Below are positions 17,328 to 26,980 of a stretch of 64,000 nt of DNA, piece by piece. Every line of letters begins with the position of its first letter. Position 1 is the first letter of the stretch. Source of the stretch: an uncultured Candidatus Saccharibacteria bacterium. GTDB taxonomy: Bacteria > Patescibacteriota > Minisyncoccia > 2-02-FULL-40-12 > GWA2-44-9. The notes under the pieces were generated by a model, which made no database searches, was not told where the DNA came from, and saw only the letters and a list, made by a program, of their open reading frames with translations. The position numbers and the translations under genes are program-made. Location: the NCBI GenBank assembly GCA_964491455.1, contig CAZBFM010000001.1, forward strand, positions 215,229 through 279,228, written 5' to 3'.

Positions 17328-19307
17328 CTACCCACGAGACAGCAGTGAAGCAAGAAATGCCTCCGACGATGGCTCACGTCCGAGAAAATCACGGACGAGC
17401 GTTAGCTCATCTCGACTTGCTCCTGGCGCGAGAAGGCGAGTCTTGAGCTGCTTTCCAATAACTACATTAAGTGGGTCGCTTTGGAATCGAGAAAAAAGAT
17501 CGAGAGCATAGACCTTACTCCAGAGATAACCATAGTATCCCGCATCATAATCGCTCATATGTCCCCATCCAGCCGGGAAGAGCGACGAATCGGGAAGCTC
17601 AATTGTTTCGTGTTGCAGCTTGAGCGCCCGATATGTGTCCGCAAGTGCCTGCGGAGCTTGAATCGTGTCTGTTGGCTGCGAGTGAATCTGCAAGTCATAT
17701 AATGCATGCGTTGCCTGTTGAAGGTATTGCGTGGCATTCATGTGGTAGCGCGCTGCTAGCAAGGACGCCAGCATAGATTCTGGCATGGACTCACCTGTTT
17801 TGTAATGAGCACTTAAGCGCGAAAGAACACGCGCATCCCACGCCCACTCTTCAAAGAGTTGGCTTGGTGTCTCCACAAAATCCAGAGCGACACCGAAGCC
17901 ATTTTGTCGCTGCCATCGACCAGAGGAGAGTAATGCATGTATGACGTGACCAAATTCATGCAGAAGGGTTTCGACTTCTTCGTGTGACAATAGCGAGGGT
18001 GCGTCGGGTGTGCTCTTAGGGAAATTACATACAAGGGCGACGAAGCCATGCAGCTGAGCACCCGCATCATCAACGCGCCCTAGGGTGACCGGGAAAGCAG
18101 CAGCATGTCCATACTTCCCACTTCGTGGATGAAGATCGAGCGCGAAGTGCCCGCAGGGAGACCCCTCGTTGGTAACCTCGTACAGCACGGCATCTTCATG
18201 CCAGAGTGATGCATTTGTAATGCGAGTAAACTGCAAACCCAATACTTCTTGATACATAGCGAGCATACGATCCACAACAATGAGTAGCGGAAAATATTCC
18301 TTCACCTTCTCTTCGTCTAGGCTGTAGCGCTCTTGAAGCAACTGATAACTGAAGTACCCCATCTCATAAAATTGTATGGGCGATCGCTTCTCCAAGTGTA
18401 GCTGTTTCTTTTTTATTTCTATGAGGTCGATGAATTCAGATCGGGATGCTGATTGCAGCTTTGTTAAGATTCCCTCGATGAACGCGGTTGCGGCAGCACC
18501 GCTTTTTGCCATGCGAACTTCGGTAACGTAATCCGCGTGAGTTGCATATCCTAACAGGCGCGCATGAGCTTGTCGGAGCTCTAGTATGCGAGCAAGCCTC
18601 TCGAGATTCTCGCGACCACCCTTTTGCCAATTTTTCGTTGCGAGCTCGCGACGAGCTACACCATCGTGCGCCATGCGCATAAATGGGAAATAGTCTGGGT
18701 ACGCTAAGGTAACTCGATACCCGTCACCATCACGTGCCAATCCCGATATATAGCGCTCCGGGAGACCAGCTAGCTGATCGCGTGCCACCACAATTCCATC
18801 CTCCCACTCGTTAATTGCGACTTCAAACGCCGTCGCGAGATTCTTGAGATCGGTAACGATCACCTTTAACTGACGAAAATCGTCGTCTTTCAACTCAAAT
18901 CCCATGCGTCTCATATCCCGAATAGTATCTTCTGCGAGCTTTGCATCGACAGCATCGAGCTGCTCATTTCGTTTCTGCCACTCCACAACAGCAGCCCACA
19001 AGCGCCTGTCGTACTCCATGATGACGTCAGCGCCTTCGATTTGATGCGACGACTTCTGGGCTATCTCCCGAAAAGCAGCGTCTGGATGCACCGCAAGTAA
19101 GAACTCCAACCGTTGCTGCAGATCAGCGAGCTCGTCTCCCGCCCGGGCAAGCGCAGCAATAGTATTTTCAAATGTGCGCTCTTGCTCTGAAATTCCGATA
19201 ACCCCCTCGAGCATTGCGCTTTTCCTTGCCAAAACAGCCTCAACAACGTTTTGAAGTTCTCCTGCGTTCCATCTCAACCATGAAAGTTCTAGTGTTTGCA
19301 TTCGCAC
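17328..19307 (-). CDS. M3-family zinc metallo-oligopeptidase (oligopeptidase A/thimet-like)
   Basis: 659 aa; HEFGH zinc motif and downstream Glu; M3 family length and architecture. Confidence 0.85.
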   Translation of the reverse strand: MRMQTLELSWLRWNAGELQNVVEAVLARKSAMLEGVIGISEQERTFENTIAALARAGDELADLQQRLEFLLAVHPDAAFREIAQKSSHQIEGADVIMEYDRRLWAAVVEWQKRNEQLDAVDAKLAEDTIRDMRRMGFELKDDDFRQLKVIVTDLKNLATAFEVAINEWEDGIVVARDQLAGLPERYISGLARDGDGYRVTLAYPDYFPFMRMAHDGVARRELATKNWQKGGRENLERLARILELRQAHARLLGYATHADYVTEVRMAKSGAAATAFIEGILTKLQSASRSEFIDLIEIKKKQLHLEKRSPIQFYEMGYFSYQLLQERYSLDEEKVKEYFPLLIVVDRMLAMYQEVLGLQFTRITNASLWHEDAVLYEVTNEGSPCGHFALDLHPRSGKYGHAAAFPVTLGRVDDAGAQLHGFVALVCNFPKSTPDAPSLLSHEEVETLLHEFGHVIHALLSSGRWQRQNGFGVALDFVETPSQLFEEWAWDARVLSRLSAHYKTGESMPESMLASLLAARYHMNATQYLQQATHALYDLQIHSQPTDTIQAPQALADTYRALKLQHETIELPDSSLFPAGWGHMSDYDAGYYGYLWSKVYALDLFSRFQSDPLNVVIGKQLKTRLLAPGASRDELTLVRDFLGREPSSEAFLASLLSRG

Positions 19308-19339
19308 GTACTATAGCATCATAGACCACGTTCTGAATA

Positions 19340-19367
19340 TTGACATTCAATATTATCTTGCTATAAT
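19340..19367 (+). promoter_or_regulatory. Sigma70-type consensus promoter upstream of the 19398 ORF
   Basis: TTGACA - 16 nt - TATAAT read directly; about 30 nt upstream of the ATG. Confidence 0.4.
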
Positions 19368-19397
19368 CTTTTTTCGTACTTTACCATGAGGTGATAC

Positions 19398-19871
19398 ATG
19401 CTGATTCCGAAGGATATACAGGATTTCCTGGACTCAATTCCTGCAGACTATGAGACTTCGTACAAGCTCGTTGCCATGAAACCGAATGAGGAGCTGCTGG
19501 GACCCACTCCCCAAGAGGTCACCCAACTGCTTCGAGCAGGCGACTTCGAATTTACCCGTTTTAATGCAAAACGGATTGCTCATAATGAACTTCATCCTGA
19601 AGATGAGTCGCTCGTTGTTGAGTCGCTCGACAATAAGATTGCCTGCGCAGAGTTCGAAAAGGAAATCGAAAGAGTGGACGCTCTACTCTCGGATCTCAAG
19701 AAGCTAGTTACTTCAATCCTCGAAGAGGTGTATCCCGAGTCGAAGATTACTTCGATGGCGATTCGGATTGAAGGCGTTGTACTGCTTCCTCCTGATCCTT
19801 TTGCGGAATTCGTCGCGGCGCTCGAGGCCAACGGCATTCGCGTCGTGACCGTCCCCCTCCCTCGCAATTAA
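19398..19871 (+). CDS. Hypothetical acidic protein
   Basis: 157 aa; own consensus promoter and downstream terminator; no recognised domain. Confidence 0.45.
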   Translation: MLIPKDIQDFLDSIPADYETSYKLVAMKPNEELLGPTPQEVTQLLRAGDFEFTRFNAKRIAHNELHPEDESLVVESLDNKIACAEFEKEIERVDALLSDLKKLVTSILEEVYPESKITSMAIRIEGVVLLPPDPFAEFVAALEANGIRVVTVPLPRN

Positions 19872-19875
19872 TCGG

Positions 19876-19903
19876 AGTTGAACCGCCGGATGCTTCATTG
19901 CAT
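19876..19903. terminator. Bidirectional intrinsic terminator
   Basis: CCGGATGC-TTCATT-GCATCCGG followed by TTTTTT; lies between convergent 19398 ORF and corA. Confidence 0.6.
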
Positions 19904-19914
19904 CCGGTTTTTTC

Positions 19915-20832
19915 TTAGAGTAATTTCTTCACCCACAGATACCGCAGTAGGCCGACGATAACCATAATCGTCACTCCAACAACCATGAAAAAAGCGTACG
20001 GCTCATCACTCAGTGGCAGTTTCACATTCATGCCGTACAGCCCCGAAACGACCATCGGAACGGTGAGTACTACAGTCACGAGAGTAAGGAGCTTGATAAC
20101 GCGATTGAGGTCGTTGGTCGCCAACACTGAATATGCCTCCCGCATATTGATCGTGGTACGCAATTGTGCACGTCCAGATTCAAGCACCTGCGTGTTACCA
20201 AGGAGAGCGTCTTCCATGAGGTCTTTATCCTCGTCATACAACTTCATATATTTCCCCGCGAGTACATTAGAAAGTATGGTATTCATCGGTTGAATTCCTG
20301 CCAAAAAATCATTCAAAATCCCCTCATAGGCCACCAAACGCAAGATATCAGCATTGCTGACGCTTTGGTTCGGACCGATATTGCCTCGCACTCGACGAGC
20401 AATATCAGTAATAGCTGCTGCGTACCGCGCATTAAGCTCTAAAAGTATTCTCCAGACGAGCTGACTTCTCCATTGCGTGCTATACGGGGACGTTCCGTGC
20501 AAAAAATGCTCCAGCCAGTGAAACGATTGGCGAGATACCGTGATCACGAACGTCGGTGAAATAGCAATCAACAACGGCACCGTGTGGGCAGCATCCCCGG
20601 AGCCGACCGGAGCGCGAACAAAAAAATACGTGACCCCATGCTCCTGCTGAACGCGTGGAACTTCGTTCGGGTCAATGGCATCCTGCAATAAATCACGCTC
20701 AAGCCCGTTAACGCGTACAAGCTCGTCAAGCTCATGATCGCTTGGATCTGTAACGTACACCCACGAGTCCAATAGCTGCTCTGTCTCGCGCACGCTTGAA
20801 GACTGATTTGTTCTAAAGTAGTACTTAATCAT
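19915..20832 (-). CDS. corA: Magnesium/cobalt transporter CorA
   Basis: 305 aa; two C-terminal TM helices with YGMN(V) signature (GLYGMNVKLP). Confidence 0.85.
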   Translation of the reverse strand: MIKYYFRTNQSSSVRETEQLLDSWVYVTDPSDHELDELVRVNGLERDLLQDAIDPNEVPRVQQEHGVTYFFVRAPVGSGDAAHTVPLLIAISPTFVITVSRQSFHWLEHFLHGTSPYSTQWRSQLVWRILLELNARYAAAITDIARRVRGNIGPNQSVSNADILRLVAYEGILNDFLAGIQPMNTILSNVLAGKYMKLYDEDKDLMEDALLGNTQVLESGRAQLRTTINMREAYSVLATNDLNRVIKLLTLVTVVLTVPMVVSGLYGMNVKLPLSDEPYAFFMVVGVTIMVIVGLLRYLWVKKLL

Positions 20833-20839
20833 AACGATG

Positions 20840-20911
20840 TGGCCTCGCCAGGAATCGGACCTGGATCAAGAGCTTAGAAGTCTCCTGTTCTATCCATTGA
20901 ACTACGAGGCC
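20840..20911 (-). tRNA. tRNA-Arg (TCT)
   Basis: Reverse-complement folds as acceptor GGCCTCG/CGAGGCC, D stem GTTC/GAAC, anticodon loop CTTCTAA, T arm CCAGG-TCCGATT-CCTGG; one mismatch at the loop-closing pair of the anticodon stem. Confidence 0.65.
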
Positions 20912-20979
20912 GGGGATATTTTACCACGGAATTCAGCTACTGGCGAATCTTCTTTGTGTGTGCTACTATAAAGAAACTA

Positions 20980-21050
20980 CGGGCCGTCGTATACCGGTAG
21001 TACACGTGTTTTGGGTACACGTTGACCCAGTTCGATTCTGGGCGGCCCGA
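20980..21050 (+). tRNA. tRNA-Pro (TGG)
   Basis: Acceptor CGGGCCG/CGGCCCG, anticodon stem CGTGT/ACACG, loop TTTGGGT, T arm CCCAG-TTCGATT-CTGGG; short 3-bp D stem; no CCA. Confidence 0.75.
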
Positions 21051-21107
21051 CAATTTAGTGATATACCACTCTCAACGAGTTCCTTAAGAACTTAGGAGGT
21101 ATCCAGC

Positions 21108-23573
21108 GTGATCCCGTATTGGTATCAGCTTGTCATCGGAATATGGTCGGCCGTTATGGCGCTTGTTGCTGCATCACTGTGCGGCGTCTTCATTCTCGTA
21201 GCCCTTCGAGCATTTGCTCGTCATGGCATCCCCTTTGTATTTGCGGTGTTTCATCAGATGGCGCTACTTGCTCGCGATGTACTCGCGCGCGCGTGGGGAT
21301 TTCGGAGGCCGGTCTTGGTCGCCATCTCTCTTATCTCACTCGTCATTCTGGCAATTGGATGCCAGTGGTATTTCTTTTGGGATACCGAGGATATCCCCGA
21401 CGTCATGGAGCTCGTTCGGTATGCGCCACCACAAATCGGATACGTCTACGACAGTCGTGGACAAGTCATGGTTGAGCTGGCGAATGTCTTTCGTAAGCCA
21501 CTCGCCTATGAAGAGTTAAGCCTCCCAATCGAGCAGGCAACTATTGCGGCCGAAGACAAAGACTTCTATGAGCATGATGGCATTCCGATCCTATGCCTCA
21601 CCCTGCCATTTATCGAAGGCCAATCGTGCCTGCCACTACCAGTGGAGCTTGCATGGCGATGGATGTCGGGGAAAGGTGGTAGCACATTGACGATGCAGCT
21701 AGCCCGCAATCACTACCTCACGGATATCCTCAAGCAAGAACGCACAACCGCGCTTATAGTCGATAACCCAGTCACGCGACTTCTTGCCTCACTGAAGAGT
21801 CCTCAATGGGTAAATCGTCGAATGCGCAAATTACGCGAGATGAAATATGCGCTACACATCGAGCGTCAAATGCGTGAGTTTGCGCAACGCAGTATTGCCA
21901 GCGAGATGAAGGCTAAGGGATTCTGGTGGCCACAGCGCTTGTATCAATCACATGCACTAGCGAAACGACGCTCGAAGGAGATTTTGCTGGCTCGCTACTT
22001 GAGTACCGTGTACTACGGTTACAGCATGTATGGTCCTGATAGTGCAGCTCGATTCTACTTCAATTCCTCTGTTCACGAGTTAACAGCGCCTCAAGCCGCA
22101 ACATTAGCGAGCTTTGAGCCAGCGCCAAGCGTCTTCGCGCAGGTACATGCATCACCCATGGTTCGAGCACAGCAGGTAACCCGTCGCAACCGCGTTCTTG
22201 AACGAATGGGGACAAAGGGTTTTCTGTATACCGCGTTTGATTGCGGTCGTCCCGAAACATATTGGGATAGTTTGCGGTGGTTTTTCAAGGCTGAGCTACC
22301 TCGAGGCGATTGCAAAGATGAGGTGGCCGCATATAGCGCACTTCCCATTCGCTTTGTCGGTCGTGTACCCGGTGGACGCACAGAAGCGGGCGCCAGCGTG
22401 CTAACGGCACTCGAAGAAGTCGTCACACTTGGGTTCCCACATCGTAAGCTCTTTGATGGGATGATACGCCTTCACACGACTGTAGACATGCGCATTCAGG
22501 ACATTGTTAATTCTGCAGCCCGTGATGGATTACATGCGTACACGGAAAAGTTCGGCAACGCAAGAGGGACGCCGCAAATGGCCATTGCAGTGCTTCGCAA
22601 TCGTGACGCCGCAATTCTCGCTCAGTTTGGAGGGTTCACGAGTGACACTCCAAATAGCTGGACAAACCTGGATAGAACAAGAAAGAGCCTTCGACAACCG
22701 GGATCAATCTTCAAAATCTTTGTGTATCTTGCAGCATTAGAAAGCGGCAACTATACACCAGATTCGCTCGTGAGCGATAGTGGGCCCTATCCAATTCGCA
22801 TGGGCGGTGGATGGATTCATTACGTGCACAATTACACGAGTGACTATCGCGGCTGGATGCCGTTTCGTGAAGCGCTCGCCCAGTCTCGCAATGTACCAGC
22901 GATGCACATTGGCATCGAATACACATCTCTCGATACAATCATCCGCCTTGCGCACGACATTGGCATTACCAGCCCCATTCGCGATGAGGCCGCAATCATT
23001 CTGGGCGCAGGTGACGTCTCTCTCATGGACCTCACCAACGCGTTTAGAACCATTGCGTCTGGCGGCATCATCGCAAAGCCGCATGCGCTCGAGCGAGTAG
23101 CGAATTCGTTCGGCGAAGAGCTAGAGCGAGTCATCCCGTTTCAAAAAAGGTATAGTGGCTCCAAAGACACCATTACTGCCATGCAGGAGCTACTTCGTGG
23201 TTCGGTGCGACTGCCATCCGGTACCGCGCGATCCATGAACGTGCTTACGCATATACCCCTCCTGTGCAAAACAGGAACAAGCAATCGCTTCGCAGATGCA
23301 CGAGCGACATGCTCAACGTATGGACCCGATGGCGTCACGGTTGGCATCTGGATGGGCTTCGATGAGTCAACGCAGAGTCTTGGCGAAGGCGCCTCAGGGG
23401 GACGCCTCGCTCTTGTATCAGCTCGCTCAATCTTTGCTCATCTCTATTCGGATAATAGCTCGATTCCAACCCTATCTCCACTGGGCGCAGCTCCTTCAAT
23501 TCCCGAGGAAATGGAGACGCGAATTTCCAACTATATTGCATCCGCGTATCCTCAGCTGAGAAAGAGTAAGTAA
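21108..23573 (+). CDS. Class A penicillin-binding protein (bifunctional glycosyltransferase/transpeptidase, PBP1A-like)
   Basis: 821 aa, GTG start after AGGAGG; GT51 motifs EDKDFYEHDGI and GGSTLTMQ; transpeptidase SIFK, SxN-like and KTGTS motifs; N-terminal TM. Confidence 0.9.
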   Translation: MIPYWYQLVIGIWSAVMALVAASLCGVFILVALRAFARHGIPFVFAVFHQMALLARDVLARAWGFRRPVLVAISLISLVILAIGCQWYFFWDTEDIPDVMELVRYAPPQIGYVYDSRGQVMVELANVFRKPLAYEELSLPIEQATIAAEDKDFYEHDGIPILCLTLPFIEGQSCLPLPVELAWRWMSGKGGSTLTMQLARNHYLTDILKQERTTALIVDNPVTRLLASLKSPQWVNRRMRKLREMKYALHIERQMREFAQRSIASEMKAKGFWWPQRLYQSHALAKRRSKEILLARYLSTVYYGYSMYGPDSAARFYFNSSVHELTAPQAATLASFEPAPSVFAQVHASPMVRAQQVTRRNRVLERMGTKGFLYTAFDCGRPETYWDSLRWFFKAELPRGDCKDEVAAYSALPIRFVGRVPGGRTEAGASVLTALEEVVTLGFPHRKLFDGMIRLHTTVDMRIQDIVNSAARDGLHAYTEKFGNARGTPQMAIAVLRNRDAAILAQFGGFTSDTPNSWTNLDRTRKSLRQPGSIFKIFVYLAALESGNYTPDSLVSDSGPYPIRMGGGWIHYVHNYTSDYRGWMPFREALAQSRNVPAMHIGIEYTSLDTIIRLAHDIGITSPIRDEAAIILGAGDVSLMDLTNAFRTIASGGIIAKPHALERVANSFGEELERVIPFQKRYSGSKDTITAMQELLRGSVRLPSGTARSMNVLTHIPLLCKTGTSNRFADARATCSTYGPDGVTVGIWMGFDESTQSLGEGASGGRLALVSARSIFAHLYSDNSSIPTLSPLGAAPSIPEEMETRISNYIASAYPQLRKSK

Positions 23574-23580
23574 ACTCTAG

Positions 23581-23605
23581 AGACCCGTGAGATCGGGTCT
23601 CTTTT
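23581..23605 (+). terminator. Intrinsic terminator after PBP gene
   Basis: AGACCCG-TGAGAT-CGGGTCT then CTTTTC. Confidence 0.55.
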
Positions 23606-23657
23606 CATTGGAATCTATTGTCTGTTCAGCTTTTTTAGGGTAAACTATGCTTCAATT

Positions 23658-23728
23658 GCGGGGTTGGTCTAATGGTATGACGCGACCCTTCCAAGGTCGA
23701 CGCACGGGTTCGATTCCCGTACCCCGCT
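23658..23728 (+). tRNA. tRNA-Gly (TCC)
   Basis: Acceptor GCGGGGT/ACCCCGC, anticodon stem CGACC/GGTCG, loop CTTCCAA, T arm ACGGG-TTCGATT-CCCGT. Confidence 0.8.
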
Positions 23729-23746
23729 CACGTTGCTGCACCGCAC

Positions 23747-24088
23747 ATGCATCAATTTCGCACTACATTGTTCTTTCTTCTCCATGCCGCGGTTATTGTT
23801 TTTGTGTATACATCACCCCTCCTGGTGTCATGGAGTACGATTATATGGTTGATTGCTCTGTACTATGTACAGCTCATCCTTATCGGATGTTGCGTTCTTA
23901 CGATGCTCGAATTTGGCACCCTGACACCACCCTCGTCGTTTCACCATCATTACCTTGAGCGCTTAGGGATTACAATATCGCAACAACGCTTATCATTTAT
24001 TCTTGATTTTATCATCCCCTGGATTATCCTCTCCCTTGCAATCATCTGGCAGGAGTCTCTCGGTCACACTCCTCTGCTTGGCTTTTAA
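23747..24088 (+). CDS. Hypothetical small polytopic membrane protein
   Basis: 113 aa; three hydrophobic helices; followed by bidirectional terminator; start uncertain (overlaps end of tRNA region). Confidence 0.35.
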   Translation: MHQFRTTLFFLLHAAVIVFVYTSPLLVSWSTIIWLIALYYVQLILIGCCVLTMLEFGTLTPPSSFHHHYLERLGITISQQRLSFILDFIIPWIILSLAIIWQESLGHTPLLGF

Positions 24089-24103
24089 GAATTGCCACAT
24101 CAT

Positions 24104-24125
24104 AAAACCGCCGGAAGGCGGTTTT
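24104..24125. terminator. Bidirectional intrinsic terminator
   Basis: AAAACCGCC-GGAA-GGCGGTTTT; between the 23747 ORF (+) and hup (-). Confidence 0.55.
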
Positions 24126-24160
24126 ATGATTGGTTCTAGAACCACGAAGTATCCGTAAGA

Positions 24161-24445
24161 CTACTTGTTCATTACTGCTTCCTTGAGAACCTTGGAAGGA
24201 GTAAAGCGAAGCTTCTTGGATGCTTTGATCTGGATGGTCTCTCCGGTGCGAGGATTGCGTCCTTCGCGTGCCTTACGGTCGGCTACCTTAAAGATACCGA
24301 GGCCAGTGATGTTGATCTTCTCGCCTTTGCGTAGAAGGCCGGTAAGGGTTTCCACGAAAGCATCGAGTTGTGCTGACTGGTCTTTCTTTGAAAGGCCAGA
24401 CTTGTCAGCCAACATCTGAATTAACTGTGTTTTCTTGATTGTCAT
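24161..24445 (-). CDS. hup: Nucleoid-associated DNA-binding protein HU
   Basis: 94 aa; HU/IHF fold signature GFGKF-like arm (GLGIFKVADRKAREGRNPRTGE). Confidence 0.9.
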   Translation of the reverse strand: MTIKKTQLIQMLADKSGLSKKDQSAQLDAFVETLTGLLRKGEKINITGLGIFKVADRKAREGRNPRTGETIQIKASKKLRFTPSKVLKEAVMNK

Positions 24446-24622
24446 GCGGGCACCCCCATTCTATGGAAGTCCGCATGAAACGGCGGTCTCGTTGCGGTCA
24501 TGTGTGAAGTATCGGCCTATTATGCGGGTTTTGCAATAGCCCTGTGGAAAACTCTAGGTTTTACGCCAAAGTTGACAATACACAATATTTTGTGTTATAC
24601 TTATTTAAAGGAGCCTTAACAA

Positions 24623-24856
24623 ATGACCAACGAGAAGAAGAGCCTCATATCCGCCCTCGTTTGGATGATTGTCTTCGCACTCGTCACCGTCTGGACGACA
24701 ATTATCCTCGTCTTGGAACACGGAATGAGCGAATACCTCGGGCCGCTCGTCGCCTTGGCAATCGGATGCTCACTCGGAGCAACCGGCGGAGCCGTCGCAT
24801 TCTTAATTGCTCGGGTCGCTCTCAAGGCGGTCCCTACCACCCAGGAGATTAAATGA
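24623..24856 (+). CDS. Hypothetical small membrane protein (2 TM)
   Basis: 77 aa; strong RBS AAAGGAG 8 nt upstream; TTGACA-N17-TTATAC promoter at about 24572; ATGA overlap with next ORF. Confidence 0.45.
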   Translation: MTNEKKSLISALVWMIVFALVTVWTTIILVLEHGMSEYLGPLVALAIGCSLGATGGAVAFLIARVALKAVPTTQEIK

Positions 24857-25278
24857 CCTCAACTGAACGGAGGTTCGCATTGGACAGCGAAAAGCGAAGG
24901 AGGATCTCCTTCATCGCTGCCGGATTTGTCTACGTCGTAGGGTTTGCCATCACGTTTCTCTACCTTATATCGCATGGCTGGGCCGATAATCTCGACCCGA
25001 TTGGTGCGATGATCGGTGGTGCTGTCGTCGGCATCGTGCCCGGTGGGATCACGTTTCTTGCGATGACCACTATGCTCGCCTTGATCTTAGGCACTGACGG
25101 CGAATCATTGCTGGCGATGGAGAGAATCGTGACGAATCTTTGCGCACTCATGGTGAGCATAGTTGCGGGAGCGGTTAGCGAAAGTATCGCGATTGGTTGT
25201 GTGGTTTTCGCAATCGCGACACTTCTCATTGTGCGGCTAAGCAAGTATCTCGAGCCAAGAAGTTTTACGAGCAGCTAA
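24853..25278 (+). CDS. Hypothetical polytopic membrane protein
   Basis: 141 aa, four hydrophobic segments; translationally coupled to 24623 ORF. Confidence 0.45.
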   Translation: MTSTERRFALDSEKRRRISFIAAGFVYVVGFAITFLYLISHGWADNLDPIGAMIGGAVVGIVPGGITFLAMTTMLALILGTDGESLLAMERIVTNLCALMVSIVAGAVSESIAIGCVVFAIATLLIVRLSKYLEPRSFTSS

Positions 25279-25288
25279 CGCGAGCACA

Positions 25289-25317
25289 AGGCCCCTCATG
25301 AGAGGGGCCTTTTTTTG
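25289..25317. terminator. Bidirectional intrinsic terminator
   Basis: AGGCCCCTC-ATGA-GAGGGGCCT then TTTTTTT; abuts the rny stop on the other strand. Confidence 0.6.
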
Positions 25318-25318
25318 C

Positions 25319-26836
25319 TTAGCGAGCGTATTCGACGGAGCGGGTTTCCCGGATGACATTGACCTTGATTTCACCGGGGTACTTCATTTCCGCTTCAATG
25401 CGCTGTGCAATATCACGTGCGAGCTGGAGTGCAGCCAGATCATCGATCTTGTTGGGCGTCACAAAGACACGCACCTCACGGCCGGCCTGAATCGCATATG
25501 ACTTTTCAACGCCATCAAAGGAGTTACAGATGCGCTCCAAGTCTTCGAGGCGCTTGAGGTAAATCTCGACAGTATCACGGCGTGCGCCTGGACGTGCACC
25601 TGATATAGCGTCCGCTGCCTGCACGATTCGACTCTCCAGTGAGCTATAGGGGTACTCTTCGTGGTGTGCCTCCATTGCCTTTACCACTTTGTCATCCATG
25701 CCAAATTTGGCCAAGATTTTGCGACCGATTTCGACGTGCGTGCCCTGAACTTCATGGTCGACTGCCTTTCCAATATCGTGAAAGAGTGCGCCTTTCTTAG
25801 AGACCATCACATCCGCTCCTAGCTCGGCAGCGAGCATGCCTGAGACGTGTGCCATCTCAACGGAGTGGATGAGCACGTTCTGTCCAAAGCTAGTTCTGAA
25901 GGCAAGACGACCCAAGAGATACACCAGCTTCGGATCAACCATTCCCACGCCGCACTCTATCAATGCAGCCTCACCTGCCTGACGGATTTTTTCATTAATT
26001 TCAACGCGTGCTTTCTCCACGCTTTCTTCAATCTTCGTCGGGTGGATGCGCCCATCGGCGATGAGTTTCTCAAGGGCAATTTTCGCAATTTGACGACGAA
26101 CCGGATCAAACCCTGAGATAACCATCGTGCCCGGTGTATCATCGATAATCACGTCGACGCCAGTGAGTCGTTCAAGAGTTTTGATGTTGCGACCTTCTTT
26201 ACCGATAATCTTTCCCTTGAGCTCATCTGAAGGCAGCGACACCACCGTCGTTGTCGCGTCCGCAATATGCGAGCCAGCATAGCGCTGAATAGCCAACGTC
26301 ATAATCTCACGCGCTTTCTTTTCGAGTTCCTCGCGGTTATCGGAATCGAGCTTTTTGAGCTGACGATAGAGATCTTCGCGATATTCTTCTTGGACCTTGG
26401 CGAGCATCTGATCGCGTGCTTGTTCACGCCCGAGACCGCTCACTCGCTCTAGTTCAGCCAATTGCTGCGTTCGCACCGTATCAAGTTCTGCTTTGACCAG
26501 GGTCACCTCATCATTCTTTTGCTTCAATGCATCGCGCTCTCGTGCGACGTCTTTTGTTCGTTCATCAAGATCCGTCTCCTTCTTTGTGAGAAGGTTTTCG
26601 ATGCGATCGAGCTGCTTACGACGATCTGCTTCCTCCGATTTCGCATCCTCGAGTATTTTCAGTGCTCTATTATTGGAATCTAAAAGCACATCCTGCGCTT
26701 TGCTTTTTGCATCATTGAGGATGGTTTGCGCGCGCTCCTCAGCCTGCGCTGCTTTACGACCGGCGAGAAACTTCCTGAGAAAGAATCCTATGAGAAACCC
26801 GACCGCAATTGCCGGAATTGATAGTGTCAATGACAT
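25319..26836 (-). CDS. rny: Ribonuclease Y
   Basis: 505 aa; N-terminal TM, coiled coil, KH domain (KGKIIGKEGRNIK), HD domain (HSVEMAHV...HDIGK). Confidence 0.9.
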   Translation of the reverse strand: MSLTLSIPAIAVGFLIGFFLRKFLAGRKAAQAEERAQTILNDAKSKAQDVLLDSNNRALKILEDAKSEEADRRKQLDRIENLLTKKETDLDERTKDVARERDALKQKNDEVTLVKAELDTVRTQQLAELERVSGLGREQARDQMLAKVQEEYREDLYRQLKKLDSDNREELEKKAREIMTLAIQRYAGSHIADATTTVVSLPSDELKGKIIGKEGRNIKTLERLTGVDVIIDDTPGTMVISGFDPVRRQIAKIALEKLIADGRIHPTKIEESVEKARVEINEKIRQAGEAALIECGVGMVDPKLVYLLGRLAFRTSFGQNVLIHSVEMAHVSGMLAAELGADVMVSKKGALFHDIGKAVDHEVQGTHVEIGRKILAKFGMDDKVVKAMEAHHEEYPYSSLESRIVQAADAISGARPGARRDTVEIYLKRLEDLERICNSFDGVEKSYAIQAGREVRVFVTPNKIDDLAALQLARDIAQRIEAEMKYPGEIKVNVIRETRSVEYAR

Positions 26837-26980
26837 GCATTATGTGCGCAGAAAAACCTACGCTGGTGATCACGCGCTCGATGACTGGAAATAATGGTGC
26901 GTGCGTGAGGATCATTGGCTCTTCTGTGACTAGTTACATTACTGGTCGCAACTATACCAGAGTAATGATTGACAGGCAAC

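Noticed and set aside
23647-23958. 103-aa ORF beginning inside tRNA-Gly
   Set aside because: It overlaps a well-folded tRNA gene; no RBS; Arg/Cys-rich composition typical of an off-frame read.
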